The translations under genes and the position numbers were made by a program. 64,000 nucleotides of DNA from an uncultured delta proteobacterium (GTDB lineage Bacteria > Myxococcota > Myxococcia > Myxococcales > Anaeromyxobacteraceae): positions 32,001 through 96,000 of the forward strand of contig CAWHDZ010000027.1 of NCBI GenBank assembly GCA_963828255.1, in the 5' to 3' direction. Under the pieces are notes generated by a model that worked only from the letters and a program-made list of their open reading frames with translations, was not told the DNA's origin and made no database searches. Below, one piece after another: positions 28,503 through 38,863 of this stretch; within the stretch, counting starts at the first letter, position 1, and every line of letters begins with the position of its first letter.

Positions 28503-29630
28503 TCAGGTGTGCGGCAGGAGCACCTGCCGCACGGCCTGGCCGGCGGCGAGGGCCTCGAAGGCTTCGTTGATCCGGTCGAGCGGCATCGACGCGCTCTGCA
28601 GCCGGTCGACCGGCATCCGCCCGGCCTTCCAGAGGGAGATGTACCGCGGGATGTCCCGCTGCGGGGCGGCCGATCCCATGTAGGACCCAACCAGGGACTG
28701 CCCCATCCCGGCGAAGTTGAGCGCGGGGAGCGACACGGTCCTGGTCGGATGGGGCAGCCCCATGGCGACCGTGGTCCCGCCCCGGCGGGTGGCCCGGAAG
28801 GCCGCCTCCAGGACGGAGGGCACGCCGGCCGCCTCGAAGGTGACCTCGGCCCCTCCGTGGGTGAGCTCCTTCACCCCCGCCTCTGCCTCGTCCGGCGAGA
28901 GCGCCGCGGTGGCGCCGAGCTGGAGGGCCAGCGCGCGCTTGGCCGCGACGGGGTCCACCGCGATGATGGGCCAGGCGTTCGCGACCACCGCCCCGATCAC
29001 CGAGGCGAGCCCGACGCCGCCCAGGCCGAAGATGGCCACCGACTGCCCCGGCCGCACCGCCGCGGTGTTGAGGACCGCTCCGGCCCCGGTGAGCACGGCG
29101 CAGCCGAAGAGGGCGGCGGTCTGCAGCGGCACGTCCTTCGGGACCACCACCGCCGACTCGCGCGCCACCACGGCGTGGCGGGAGAAGGCCGAGATCCCCA
29201 GGTGGTGGTGGATGGGCTTGCCGTCCTGGCCGGTGAGCAGCGGGCCCCCGTGGAGCAGGGTCCCGGCCCCGTTGGCCAGCGCGCCGGGCGTGCACAGGGC
29301 CGGGCGTCCCGAGGAGCACTCGGCGCAGGAGCCGCAGCTGGGGACGAAGGTCAGGACCACGTGGTCTCCGACCTTGACCTGCTTCACTCCTGGTCCGACC
29401 TCCTCGACCACCCCGGCCGCCTCGTGCCCCAGCGCCATGGGGAGCGGCCGGACCCGCGAGCCGTCCACCACCGAGATGTCGGAGTGGCAGACCCCGGCGG
29501 CCTCGATGCGGACCAGCAGCTCGCCGGCGCGCGGGGCGCCGAGCTCGACCTCCTCCAGCACCATCGGCTTCGACTCCGGGTACGGGCGCCTGTCGGTGAC
29601 GGCGCGGAGCACTGCGGCGACGGTCTTCAT
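28503..29630 (-). CDS. Zinc-dependent alcohol dehydrogenase (class III-like MDR)
   Basis: GVCHSD, GHEAAG, CGSCAEC...C and GLGGVG motifs. Confidence 0.9.
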   Translation of the reverse strand: MKTVAAVLRAVTDRRPYPESKPMVLEEVELGAPRAGELLVRIEAAGVCHSDISVVDGSRVRPLPMALGHEAAGVVEEVGPGVKQVKVGDHVVLTFVPSCGSCAECSSGRPALCTPGALANGAGTLLHGGPLLTGQDGKPIHHHLGISAFSRHAVVARESAVVVPKDVPLQTAALFGCAVLTGAGAVLNTAAVRPGQSVAIFGLGGVGLASVIGAVVANAWPIIAVDPVAAKRALALQLGATAALSPDEAEAGVKELTHGGAEVTFEAAGVPSVLEAAFRATRRGGTTVAMGLPHPTRTVSLPALNFAGMGQSLVGSYMGSAAPQRDIPRYISLWKAGRMPVDRLQSASMPLDRINEAFEALAAGQAVRQVLLPHT

Positions 29631-29652
29631 GGTTCCCTTCCTTTCGCGGCGG

Positions 29653-30303
29653 TCAGGCGGCGGCCCGGGTCACCTGGCCGCGGTCGATGGCGTAGACGAC
29701 GTCGAGGAGCTTGCGGGAGTGGGAGAGATCGGACTCGGAGAGGATCACCGAGAGCCCCTCGGTGCGCAGCCTGGAGACCACCTCGGCGAGGCGCCCGGCC
29801 AGCACCGGCGCCACCCCCTCGAAGGGCTCGTCGAGGAGCAGGAGCTTCGAGCCGCTCATGAGGGCCCGGGCCAGCGCGGCCAGCTTCTGCTGCCCGCCGG
29901 AGAGCTGAAGACCCTTGCGCTCCTTCCACTGCCCCACCTCCGGGATCATCTCGTAGATGCGCCGGAGCCGCTCCTCCGGATGGGCCTGGCCCGCGGCCCA
30001 GGCCGGCAGGGAGACGTTCTCCTCGATGGAGAGCTGCGGGATGATGCGCCGGTCCTCGGGCATGTAGCCCATGCCGCCCCGGGCCCTCATGTAGGAGGGG
30101 ACTCCCTTCATGGGCGCCCCGTCGAAGGCGATGGTCCCGGCGGTGGGCTCGAGGATGCCCATGATGGCGCGCATGAGCGTGGTCTTGCCGGCGCCGTTGC
30201 GGCCGATGAGCCCGACCAGCTGACCGGGGGCCACGTGGAGCCCCACCCCGCGCAGGATGCGGACCGACTTGATGGAGACGTCGATCGACTCGATCGTCAG
30301 CAT
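29653..30303 (-). CDS. Branched-chain-type ABC transporter ATPase (LivF-like)
   Basis: GRNGAGKTT, LSGGQQ and LLLDEP motifs. Confidence 0.92.
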   Translation of the reverse strand: MLTIESIDVSIKSVRILRGVGLHVAPGQLVGLIGRNGAGKTTLMRAIMGILEPTAGTIAFDGAPMKGVPSYMRARGGMGYMPEDRRIIPQLSIEENVSLPAWAAGQAHPEERLRRIYEMIPEVGQWKERKGLQLSGGQQKLAALARALMSGSKLLLLDEPFEGVAPVLAGRLAEVVSRLRTEGLSVILSESDLSHSRKLLDVVYAIDRGQVTRAAA

Positions 30304-31070
30304 TGCGGGGCCTCCTCCGGCGCCTGTTCGCCCACCACCAGCCGGCGCACCTCGGGGTTCGAGAGCACGGCGGCCGAGTCGGCGTCGGCGATGACCTTGC
30401 CGTCGTAGAAGGCCACGATGCGCTGGGTGTAGCGGCGCACGATGTCCATGTCGTGCTCCACGAAGAGCACGGTGACCTTCTCGGCCCGGATGGCGCCGAG
30501 CACCAGGTCCATGAGCGAGAACTTCTCGTCGGCCGAGACGCCGCTGGTCGGCTCGTCGAGCAGCAGGATGGCCGGCTTCACCGCCAGCGCCATGGCGATG
30601 TCGAGCAGCTTGCGCACCCCCTCGGGAAGAACCGAGGCCGGCTCGTCGCGGTACGCGCGCAGGTGGAAGCGCTCCAGCATCTCGTCGGCCACCGACTCGG
30701 GGCGCGCCGTCCCCAGGTTGCTGCCCACGAAGGCCTTTCGTCCCATGGCGACGATGCCCAGGCCGACGAGCAGGTTCTCGTAGGCGGTGAGGGTGTCGAA
30801 GACCTGTGGGATCTGGAAGGACCGGCAGATGCCCAGGCGCGTGATGCGGCGCGGGGCCATCCCGGTGACGTCCCTGCCCTGGAACCGGACGGTCCCGGAG
30901 GTGGGCTTCAGGTAGCCGGTGACCAGGTTGAGGAAGGTGGTCTTGCCGGCGCCGTTGCCGCCGATGAGCCCCACCACGGTGTCCTCCTCGATGGAGAGGT
31001 TGATGTCGCGCGCCGCCGTCACCGCGCCGAAGGTCTTGGTGAGGCCGGTGGCCTCCAGGATCGGGCTCAT
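30297..31070 (-). CDS. Branched-chain-type ABC transporter ATPase (LivG-like)
   Basis: GGNGAGKTT, RSFQIP, LLLDEPTSG and VEHDM motifs. Confidence 0.92.
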   Translation of the reverse strand: MSPILEATGLTKTFGAVTAARDINLSIEEDTVVGLIGGNGAGKTTFLNLVTGYLKPTSGTVRFQGRDVTGMAPRRITRLGICRSFQIPQVFDTLTAYENLLVGLGIVAMGRKAFVGSNLGTARPESVADEMLERFHLRAYRDEPASVLPEGVRKLLDIAMALAVKPAILLLDEPTSGVSADEKFSLMDLVLGAIRAEKVTVLFVEHDMDIVRRYTQRIVAFYDGKVIADADSAAVLSNPEVRRLVVGEQAPEEAPQC

Positions 31071-32011
31071 GACGCGGCCCTCCGGCGCCGCCTGAAGATG
31101 GACCAGAGCCCCTCGGGCAGGAAGAGGATCACCGCCAGCATGGCGCCCCCCATGACCAGCTGCCAGGTGTTGGGGGCGTGCTCGTAGGCGAAGCTGCGCA
31201 GCAGCTCGAGGAGCAGGGCGCCGGCGAAGGGGGCGGCCACGCTGGCGGTGCCGGAGAGGATGGCCACGAAGACGAATTCGCCCGAGGTGGTCCAGTAGGC
31301 CATCTCCGGGTCCACGTGCCCGACGGCGAGCGCCGTGAGCGCCCCGCCCACCCCGGCCAGCGCCGCGGCGATGACCAGGTTCAGGTGGACCACGTTGCGG
31401 ACCGAGGCGCCCATGTACTCGACGCGCAGCTCGTTGTCGCGGACCGCCGGGGCGAGCCGCCCCAGGTAGGTGGAGAGGTAGCGGTCGAGCCCCACCGATG
31501 CGCCGAAGGCGCAGAGCGCGGCCATCGCGTACACGCCGTAGCGCCCCAGGCTGCTCGTGGCCGGCAGCCCGAAGACGGTCCGGGGCGCGACGTTGAACCC
31601 GTCGGTGGAGCCGAGCGCCGAGGTCTTCACCAGGAGTCCGTAGAGGATCATCGAGAAGGCCAGCGAGAGCATGGCGAAGAAGATGGCGCGGTACCGGGCC
31701 AGCAGGACCCCCAGCACCGCGGCCACCAGCGCCGCCATCAGACCGCCGAGCAGCACCATGGGCACTGCGTCGCGCACCTGGAGGACGTTGGCCGTCACCC
31801 CGGCGGTGTAGGCCCCGGCAGCGAAGTAGAGCCCCTGCCCGAAGGAGACCAGGCCGGTGCGCATGAGCAGGAGCAGCCCCAGCGCCACGAGCCCCTTGGC
31901 GATGGCGATGGTGACGAGGAAGAGGGCCCACTTGGGCAGGAAGGGCGCGAGCAGCCCCAGGACGAGCAGCGCGATGCCCAGCCCCAGCGTGGTGCGTCGG
32001 GAGGAGGTCAT
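31067..32011 (-). CDS. ABC permease (LivM-like)
   Basis: GLVSFGQG, FAMLSLAF and AVRDNE motifs; multi-TM. Confidence 0.9.
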   Translation of the reverse strand: MTSSRRTTLGLGIALLVLGLLAPFLPKWALFLVTIAIAKGLVALGLLLLMRTGLVSFGQGLYFAAGAYTAGVTANVLQVRDAVPMVLLGGLMAALVAAVLGVLLARYRAIFFAMLSLAFSMILYGLLVKTSALGSTDGFNVAPRTVFGLPATSSLGRYGVYAMAALCAFGASVGLDRYLSTYLGRLAPAVRDNELRVEYMGASVRNVVHLNLVIAAALAGVGGALTALAVGHVDPEMAYWTTSGEFVFVAILSGTASVAAPFAGALLLELLRSFAYEHAPNTWQLVMGGAMLAVILFLPEGLWSIFRRRRRAAS

Positions 32012-32904
32012 ATCTTTCGGGCCTCGGCCGCGACGAAGAGCCCGCGGGGGCGTACGGCGAGGACCAGCGCCATCACGAGATAGATGCTGAAGAGCTCCAC
32101 CTGTGGGAAGAAGTGGACGGCGGCCGAGCGGACCAGGCCGACGATGAGCGCGCCCAGCATGGCGCCCTGCATCGAGCCCAGGCCGCCGATGACCACCACG
32201 GCGAAGGCCAGCACGATCACCTCGACGCCCATGCCGGGGACCACCGAGACGGTGGGCGCGGTGAGCGCGCCGCCGATTGCGGCCAGCATGGTGCCGAGCG
32301 TGAAGGTGACGAGGTAGACGCGGTTCACGTTGATCCCCATGGCCGCGCTCACCTCGCGGTCGTGGATGACGGCGGTGAGGAGCTTCCCGTAGCGGGTGCC
32401 GTAGATTCCGAAGCGCAAGCCCACGCCGACCAGCACCGCGGCCCCGACCAGGACCGCGCTGTAGACCGGATAGGAGAGGTCGCCCATCTCGACGTTGCCG
32501 AGCAGCCCGTAGGGCTCCGAGACGAAGTAGGACTCCACGCCCCAGACGAGCTTGATGACGTCCTCGACGACGAGGAAGAGGGCGTAGGTGACGAGGACCA
32601 GCACCACCTCGTCCCGCCCGTAGCAGAAGCGCAGCAGGCCCCGCTCGATGAGCGGGCCCACCACGAGGCCGACGAGCAGCGCCGCCAGGACCAGCATGGC
32701 GTAGCTGCCCATCGGCGCCCAGCCGGCGCGCAGCCAGGCGCCGGCGAGGGAGGCCGCGGCGTAGGCGCCCAGCGCGTACAGGCTGCCGTGCGCCATGTTG
32801 AGGATGCGCATCACGCCGTAGATGGTCGTGAGACCAGCGGCGATGACGAACAGCCACGACGCGTAGATCACGCCGTCCACCAGGACGGCCAGGATCGTGC
32901 TCAT
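32008..32904 (-). CDS. ABC permease (LivH-like)
   Basis: GVMRILNMAHG, VVIGGLGS and RPRGLF motifs. Confidence 0.92.
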   Translation of the reverse strand: MSTILAVLVDGVIYASWLFVIAAGLTTIYGVMRILNMAHGSLYALGAYAAASLAGAWLRAGWAPMGSYAMLVLAALLVGLVVGPLIERGLLRFCYGRDEVVLVLVTYALFLVVEDVIKLVWGVESYFVSEPYGLLGNVEMGDLSYPVYSAVLVGAAVLVGVGLRFGIYGTRYGKLLTAVIHDREVSAAMGINVNRVYLVTFTLGTMLAAIGGALTAPTVSVVPGMGVEVIVLAFAVVVIGGLGSMQGAMLGALIVGLVRSAAVHFFPQVELFSIYLVMALVLAVRPRGLFVAAEARKI

Positions 32905-32938
32905 GTCGAGCGGCCTCCCTGCCGGGGTGAGGGGACGG

Positions 32939-34240
32939 CTACGGGGTCTTGAAGCCGGCCTTGATCCAGTCGGCGCTCTTCACGCCCTCGGGCGGGTTCA
33001 CCTTGTCGGCCGGGTAGCGCTTCACCTTCTCGAAGGTGAGCTTGCCCTTCACCATCTTGGCCTGGCCGTAGACCGTCTCCTCGATGGCCTGGTGCCCCTT
33101 GCCGAGCGCCATCTTGATGGTTCCGCTGGGCGTCTCGAAGGTGAGCCCCTCGAAGGCGGCGATGATCTGGTCCTGCGTGGGCGCGGCCGTGCCGGCGCCC
33201 TGGGCCTTCTCGTAGGCCGACTTGAGGCCGAGGATGGCCTGGGACATGTGGTAGGCGGGGTAGTTGGGGGAGAGGACGAAGCGGTCCTGGTAGGCGGCGC
33301 GGTAGAAGCGGTTCAGCTCGTTGTCCGGCGCGTACACCCCGTGCGGGCCGCGGGCGCCGATCATGGTGCCGTCGGGGATCTTGTCGCCCAGCTTGTGGGT
33401 GGCGGTCTCGCCGCAGGTCAGCACCGCCTTGCTGTTCTTGAGCGCGCCGCGGGGAACGGCCTGGAGCACGAAGGCATCGAGGTCGCCACCCCAGAAGCTG
33501 GAGTGGATGACGTCGGGCTTGCCCGCCATGAGGGCCGAGATCTCGGCGCCGTACTGGCCAGCGAGCAGCTTGGGCATCTGGGAGGTGGTCACCTCGACGC
33601 CGGGTCGGAGCACCTTCATCGAGGCCTCGAAGTCGTTCCAGGAATCCTGGCCCCAGGCGTAGTTCTGGTTGATGCCGGCGATCTTCTTGGCCTTGGGCAT
33701 CATCTCGGTGACGTAGAGGGCGGCGGCCACGTTGTCCATGGCGGCGTGGCTGGAGGTGCGGAAGACGTACTTGTAGGAGCCGTCCTCGAAGATGCGCGGC
33801 GTGCCGCAGTCGAAGAAGATGGTGAGGGCCTTCAGCTCCTCGGCCACCGGCGCGACGGCCAGGCAGTCGCCGGAGGAGATGTAGCCGATGACGGCGTCCA
33901 CCTTCTGGCGCTGCACCAGGTCGCGGAACTCGCTCACCTGCTTGGTGGTGCCGCCGGCCTCGTCGAGGAAGACCAGCTCGATCTGCCGGCCGCCGATGCC
34001 GGCCTTGGCGTAGGGCGCGGGGACCTTGCCGCCGTTCAGGGTCTCGGCCAGCACCTCGGCGCCGTTGCGGGCCGGGACGCCGAAGGGGCCGGCGGCGGCG
34101 CCGGAGAGGAAGGTGACCACGCCGATGCGGAACCTGGGCTCGTCGGCGGCGCGGGTGGCGGTGGGCAGGAGCAGCGCGGCCCCGGCCGCGACTGCGGCCA
34201 GGCGGGCGATGCGGGAGCGGCTCTTCGGGGTCTGCGTCAT
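32939..34240 (-). CDS. ABC substrate-binding protein (Leu/Ile/Val-binding fold)
   Basis: Signal peptide; GYISSG and NYAWGQDSW motifs; adjacent to the permeases. Confidence 0.9.
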   Translation of the reverse strand: MTQTPKSRSRIARLAAVAAGAALLLPTATRAADEPRFRIGVVTFLSGAAAGPFGVPARNGAEVLAETLNGGKVPAPYAKAGIGGRQIELVFLDEAGGTTKQVSEFRDLVQRQKVDAVIGYISSGDCLAVAPVAEELKALTIFFDCGTPRIFEDGSYKYVFRTSSHAAMDNVAAALYVTEMMPKAKKIAGINQNYAWGQDSWNDFEASMKVLRPGVEVTTSQMPKLLAGQYGAEISALMAGKPDVIHSSFWGGDLDAFVLQAVPRGALKNSKAVLTCGETATHKLGDKIPDGTMIGARGPHGVYAPDNELNRFYRAAYQDRFVLSPNYPAYHMSQAILGLKSAYEKAQGAGTAAPTQDQIIAAFEGLTFETPSGTIKMALGKGHQAIEETVYGQAKMVKGKLTFEKVKRYPADKVNPPEGVKSADWIKAGFKTP

Positions 34241-34262
34241 CGTTCGTTCCTCCGGGTGGGGG

Positions 34263-35567
34263 CTACTGCACGACGTGGGTTGCTTCCTTCACCTTCGCCC
34301 GCCGGGATCGGACCTCCTCCGGCGGGGGCTTGAGTCGTTCCGGCTCGTAGGCGATCCAGTTCCCCAGCATGACGCGGGCGGGCGGGAAGCCCGCGTCGGG
34401 AACCACCTCGCCCACGGCCTGGTGCTGGGAGATCTGGTGGGTCTCCGGGTCGATACGGGAGGTGAAGCCGGGGGGGTCCTCGGGCAGGGCGAGCGAGAGC
34501 CCCTCCAGCGCCTTCACTAACAGTGAAGTCTGGGCGGCCGGTCCGGCCCGGCGGACCGCCTCGGCGATGGCCACCACCCCGGCGTAGGCCCCCTCGGCGG
34601 CGTAGGTCGGGTAGCGCCCCTCCAGCCGGTGGAAGGCCTGCACGAAGCCGCGGTTCTGCGGCGTGTCGGGCCAGTTGTTGTGGTGGCGCGCCGAGAGGAT
34701 GAGCCCGGGCGGCGGCCGGTCCCCCAGCGCCACCATCACGTCGTAGTTCCCGCCGGTGTCGAAGTTGGCGAGCCGGACATGGGTCAGGAGGTCGGTGGCC
34801 GCGGCCTGCTTCAGGAAGGCGATGAAGTCGGCGCCCCAGAGGGCCACCACCAGCACGTCGGGCCGGGACTGCTGGATGGCGCGGATGTAGCCCGAGTAGT
34901 CGGGCTCGTAGAGCTTCGGCCAGAACTCGCCGACCGCCTCGTACGTCACCGCCTGTCGCGCCAGCGCGTCGCGCAGGTCGCGCAGGGCGACGTGCCCGTA
35001 GTCGTAGTCGGATCCCAGGAAGGCCAGCCGCTTCCAGGGCGAGCGCCCCTGGAGGTCTGCCAGGTAGAGCGCGCCGGCGGCCATCGAGGCGTAGGTGTCG
35101 TTGGAGACGCGGAAGTAGTGATCGTGGAACCCCTCGATGGTGAGGCGCGAGGAGGCGTGGTCGGTGCCCACGAAGATCACGTCCCGCCGGGCGGCCAGCC
35201 GGCTCACCGCCTGCCCCACCCCGGAGCTCACCACGCCGCAGAGGAACCGGACCCGGTCGCGCCGGATGTAGTCCTCGGCGAGGCGCACGGCGTTGGAGAC
35301 CTTGGAGCCGTAGTCCTCCACGATGACCCGGAGGCGCGGTGGCCTCCCCGGGCCGGTCTCGGCGGCGATGCGCTCCAGCGCGACGCGGATGCCGCCCACG
35401 CTGTCCTTCCCGTAGATGGCGGAGCGGCCGGACATGGGGAACATGCAGCCGACGGTGACCTCGGCCTCCTCGGCCATGGCGCCGAGCTCGATCCGCGCGC
35501 CGGCGGGCGACGCCGCGGCTGCGAGGGCCAGGGTGACGGTGGCGAGCGTGGCGCGGAGGCAGGGCAA
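34263..35567 (-). CDS. Second LIV-fold substrate-binding protein
   Basis: GVVSSG and DYDYGH motifs; signal-like N-terminus; TTG start inferred after AGGAG. Confidence 0.8.
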   Translation of the reverse strand: MPCLRATLATVTLALAAAASPAGARIELGAMAEEAEVTVGCMFPMSGRSAIYGKDSVGGIRVALERIAAETGPGRPPRLRVIVEDYGSKVSNAVRLAEDYIRRDRVRFLCGVVSSGVGQAVSRLAARRDVIFVGTDHASSRLTIEGFHDHYFRVSNDTYASMAAGALYLADLQGRSPWKRLAFLGSDYDYGHVALRDLRDALARQAVTYEAVGEFWPKLYEPDYSGYIRAIQQSRPDVLVVALWGADFIAFLKQAAATDLLTHVRLANFDTGGNYDVMVALGDRPPPGLILSARHHNNWPDTPQNRGFVQAFHRLEGRYPTYAAEGAYAGVVAIAEAVRRAGPAAQTSLLVKALEGLSLALPEDPPGFTSRIDPETHQISQHQAVGEVVPDAGFPPARVMLGNWIAYEPERLKPPPEEVRSRRAKVKEATHVVQ

Positions 35568-35584
35568 GGGGCTCTCCTGCGGAG

Positions 35585-35600
35585 AGCAGGGACCGTGCCG
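35585..35600 (-). promoter_or_regulatory. Possible sigma54 promoter for the transport/catabolic operon
   Basis: CGGCACGGTCCCTGCT (GG-N10-GC); TGAC-N7-GTCA palindrome at 35660-35674; adjacent bEBP gene. The predicted +1 overlaps the RBS, which weakens the call. Confidence 0.45.
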
Positions 35601-35729
35601 GGGGTGCTCGCCCTGGACCGGTGGTGTTCGGCCAGCGATTCGGGGGTTCCCTCCGTTCGTGACGCACCGGGTCATGCCGGGAGTGGGGCGGATTCCGCTC
35701 CGGTGCGCGCGCGGTGGAGCGGAAGCCGC

Positions 35730-37085
35730 TCATGGGAAGCCGAGCCGCTGCAGGCGGCGCTTCAGCGCGTGGCGGGAGATCCCCAGGATCTCGGCGGCCC
35801 GGCCGCGGTGGCCATCGGCCTCGCGGAGCGCCTTCTCGACGAGCAGCCTCTCGGTCTCGGCCAGCTCGTGGCCGATCGAGCGCCCCGCGGCGGCGTGCCG
35901 CTCCGCCCCGGCCGGGCGTGGGGGACTCCGCATCTCCGGGGGCAGGTCCTCCGGGGCGATGGTCCTCCCCGGTCCAAGGATGGTGAGCCGCTCGACCAGG
36001 TTGCGCAGCTCCCGCACGTTGCCCGGCCAGCGGTGGGCGAGGAGAACGGCCTCGGCCTCGGGCGTGAAGCGGACCGGGGCGCAGCGCTCGTCCCGCCCGT
36101 AGCGGGCCGCGAAGTGGTGGGCCAGGAGCAGCGCGTCGCCCCCCCGCTCGCGCAGCGGCGGCAGCACCACCTGGACCACGTTGAGCCGGTAGTAGAGGTC
36201 CTCGCGGAAGGCACCGGCGCGGACCTCGGCGGCCAGATCGCGGTTGGTCGCCGCGACGACCCGTGCGTCGGCGGTGAGCGTCCGGGCCGAGCCGATGGGG
36301 CGGTAGCTCCCGTCCTCCAGGAAGTGGAGGAGCTTGGCCTGGAGCGGCAGCGGCAGCTCGCCCACCTCGTCGAGGAAGAGCGTGCCGCCGTCGGCGAGCG
36401 TCGCGAGCCCCACCCGCTTCTGGTCGGCGCCGGTGTACGAGCCCTTCTCGGCGCCGAAGAGCTCGGCCTCGATGAGGTGCTCGGGCAGCGACGCGCAGTT
36501 CACCTCGATGAACGGCCCGCGGGCCCGGGCGCCCTGGGCGTGGATGGCCCGGGCCACGAGCGCCTTCCCGGTCCCCGACTCGCCCAGGAGCAGCACCCGG
36601 GACGCGCTCGACGCGCCGACGCGGCGCACCGACTCGAGGAGCGCCACCACGGGTGCGCTCTCCCCCACCATCTCGCCGCGCGCCACCTCGGTCTCGCGGT
36701 AACGGGCGATCTCCTGGGCCATGCGCTGCCGCTCCATGGCCGCACGGAGGGTGACGAATAGATCGTCGAGGTCGAAGGGCTTGGTCAGGTAGTCGAAGGC
36801 GCCCCGCTTCACCGCCTGCACGGCGGAGCGGGTGTCCCCGTGGGCCGAGATCATCACCACCGGCACGTCGGGGAGCGCGACGCGGAGCCGGTCGAGGAAG
36901 TCGAGCCCGGACCCGTCGGGGAGCCGGAGGTCGAGGAGCACGAGCGAGGGCGGCGCGGCCTGGGCGGCGGAGAGCCCGGCCTCGCCGGTCGAGGCGCTCG
37001 ACACCGCGTGCCCCTCGGCCCGCAGCGCGAAGCCCAGCGAGTTCACCAGCGAGGCCTCGTCGTCGATGATCAGGATGTCGGCCAT
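35730..37085 (-). CDS. Sigma54-dependent response regulator (NtrC family)
   Basis: REC domain; GESGTGK, GSYTGA (GAFTGA variant), LFLDEVGE and WPGNVREL motifs; C-terminal HTH. Confidence 0.93.
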   Translation of the reverse strand: MADILIIDDEASLVNSLGFALRAEGHAVSSASTGEAGLSAAQAAPPSLVLLDLRLPDGSGLDFLDRLRVALPDVPVVMISAHGDTRSAVQAVKRGAFDYLTKPFDLDDLFVTLRAAMERQRMAQEIARYRETEVARGEMVGESAPVVALLESVRRVGASSASRVLLLGESGTGKALVARAIHAQGARARGPFIEVNCASLPEHLIEAELFGAEKGSYTGADQKRVGLATLADGGTLFLDEVGELPLPLQAKLLHFLEDGSYRPIGSARTLTADARVVAATNRDLAAEVRAGAFREDLYYRLNVVQVVLPPLRERGGDALLLAHHFAARYGRDERCAPVRFTPEAEAVLLAHRWPGNVRELRNLVERLTILGPGRTIAPEDLPPEMRSPPRPAGAERHAAAGRSIGHELAETERLLVEKALREADGHRGRAAEILGISRHALKRRLQRLGFP

Positions 37086-37086
37086 G

Positions 37087-38781
37087 TCATGCCTCGCTTC
37101 GCACCAGCGTGACCCGCGCCGTGGAGCCGGCGCCGTGCACGCTCTCCAGCGTGAGCCGGCCGTCGTTCAGTTCGGCCAGCTGCCGGGAGATGGAGAGGCC
37201 GAGCCCCGTGCCGCCGGACTTGGTGGTGAAGAAGGGCTCGAAGACGTGCTGCAGGGTCACGCTGGTGATGCCCGACCCGGTGTCCACCACCTCGATCACC
37301 ACCTGCGGCCCGGCCGGGTATGCGTCGAGCGTCACCTTGCCGCCCGGGGGGGTGGCGTGCAGCGCGTTGAGCGTGAGGTTCATCAGGATCTGCAGGAGGT
37401 GGTCGGAATCGGCGACGGCCCGGAGGTCGGGGGGCGCCTTCACCTCCAGTCTCACCTGGCGCCGCTCCGCCTCGTTGGCCAGCAGCGCGTGGAGGCGGCG
37501 CGCCACCTCGCGGACCTGGACCACCACCCGCTCCGGCGGGCGTGGCCTGCCGAAGGCCAGCAGCTCCTCCATGGCGCGGGCCATGCGGTCGATCTCCATC
37601 TCCATGTCGCGCAGGAGCTGGAGGCGGGGGGGGTCCTGCTCGGCCCGTTCCAGCGCCTGGACCGTGGTCTTGAGCGTGGCCAGCGGGTTGCGCACCTCGT
37701 GGGCCACGCCCGTGGAGAGCTTGCCGAGAACGGCCAGCCGCTCCATGCGCACCGCGCCGTCCACCAGGCCGCCCAGCTTGGCCGACATCCGGTTGAACGC
37801 AACGGCCACGAAGCCGAGTTCGTCGTCGCCGGCGTCGGGGACCCGGTGGGAGAAGTCGCCCCCAGCGATGACCTCGGCGCCGTGCGCCAGCATGTCCACG
37901 CGGCGCTGCAGGCGGCCCGCCATGCGCGCCGAGAGCCAGGCGATGGCCCCCAGGATCACGGCGGCCGCCACGATGAGCGCGTGGCGGGCGGCCACGAACG
38001 GCCGCAGCAGTCCGGCCGAGTCCACCACCAGGACCGGGCGCCACCCGGGAGCCACCTCCGGCCCCTCGACGAGCCTGCCCTGGATGGCGACCGGGCGCCC
38101 CACGCCGTCGAAGTCGCCGCCTGGCGTCCGGAGCGCCGGGACCACCACGCCCGCGTCCGAGGGGGCTCCGAGCAGCTCGGTCAGGGAGGCGAGCCGGACG
38201 TGCAGCGCGATCGCTCCGCCTCCCGGCAGGGACTCCTGGAGGAGGAACCAGCCGGACTGGCCCGGGGCGGGCGGCGACGGCCCGACCAGCTCCGCCTCCC
38301 GGAACCGGGTTCGCGGGAGCCCGGCCACCTGGAACGGGACCTCGGGCCAGTAGGGGGGGCCGGAGGCGGCGGCCCCGGCCATGGCCCGCGTCAGCTCGCC
38401 GGCCTCGGAGAAGAAGAGGATGCCGTAGAGGTCCTGGGCATCGGCGCCGATGCGCAGCAGGGAGGCGGTCTCCCCTCCCCTTCTCGCGTCGGCGTCCTCG
38501 ACGGCGCGGACCGCCGGGTAGCGCGCCAGCGTCTCGAGCTGGTAGGTGCGCTCCTCGAGGAAGGAGCCGATGCGGCTCGATGTGGCGGCCAGCCTGGCGT
38601 CGAGCTGCTCGCCGGTGAACTCGTCGAGGAGGCCGCGGGCGTAGGAGTCGTAGAGGGCCCCAACCACGGTCATGGGGACGGCCGCCGCCGCGAGCAAGAG
38701 CAGCGCGTACCTCCGGACGAGGCTCCTGCGATACGGGCTGGGCGGTCGGGTCTGCACGCGGCCTCGGCGATCCTGTAGCAC
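37087..38781 (-). CDS. Sensor histidine kinase with HAMP domain
   Basis: Two TMs; DELG..AFNRM HAMP; AHEVRNPL; FFTTK and GTGLGL motifs. Confidence 0.92.
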   Translation of the reverse strand: MLQDRRGRVQTRPPSPYRRSLVRRYALLLLAAAAVPMTVVGALYDSYARGLLDEFTGEQLDARLAATSSRIGSFLEERTYQLETLARYPAVRAVEDADARRGGETASLLRIGADAQDLYGILFFSEAGELTRAMAGAAASGPPYWPEVPFQVAGLPRTRFREAELVGPSPPAPGQSGWFLLQESLPGGGAIALHVRLASLTELLGAPSDAGVVVPALRTPGGDFDGVGRPVAIQGRLVEGPEVAPGWRPVLVVDSAGLLRPFVAARHALIVAAAVILGAIAWLSARMAGRLQRRVDMLAHGAEVIAGGDFSHRVPDAGDDELGFVAVAFNRMSAKLGGLVDGAVRMERLAVLGKLSTGVAHEVRNPLATLKTTVQALERAEQDPPRLQLLRDMEMEIDRMARAMEELLAFGRPRPPERVVVQVREVARRLHALLANEAERRQVRLEVKAPPDLRAVADSDHLLQILMNLTLNALHATPPGGKVTLDAYPAGPQVVIEVVDTGSGITSVTLQHVFEPFFTTKSGGTGLGLSISRQLAELNDGRLTLESVHGAGSTARVTLVRSEA

Positions 38782-38863
38782 GAAGCGGCGATGTCCCGTG
38801 CAGGCTCGGACGCATGACGGGCGACGGGATTCAGGGCCACCCCCTCCGCGACGCGGACACCCG

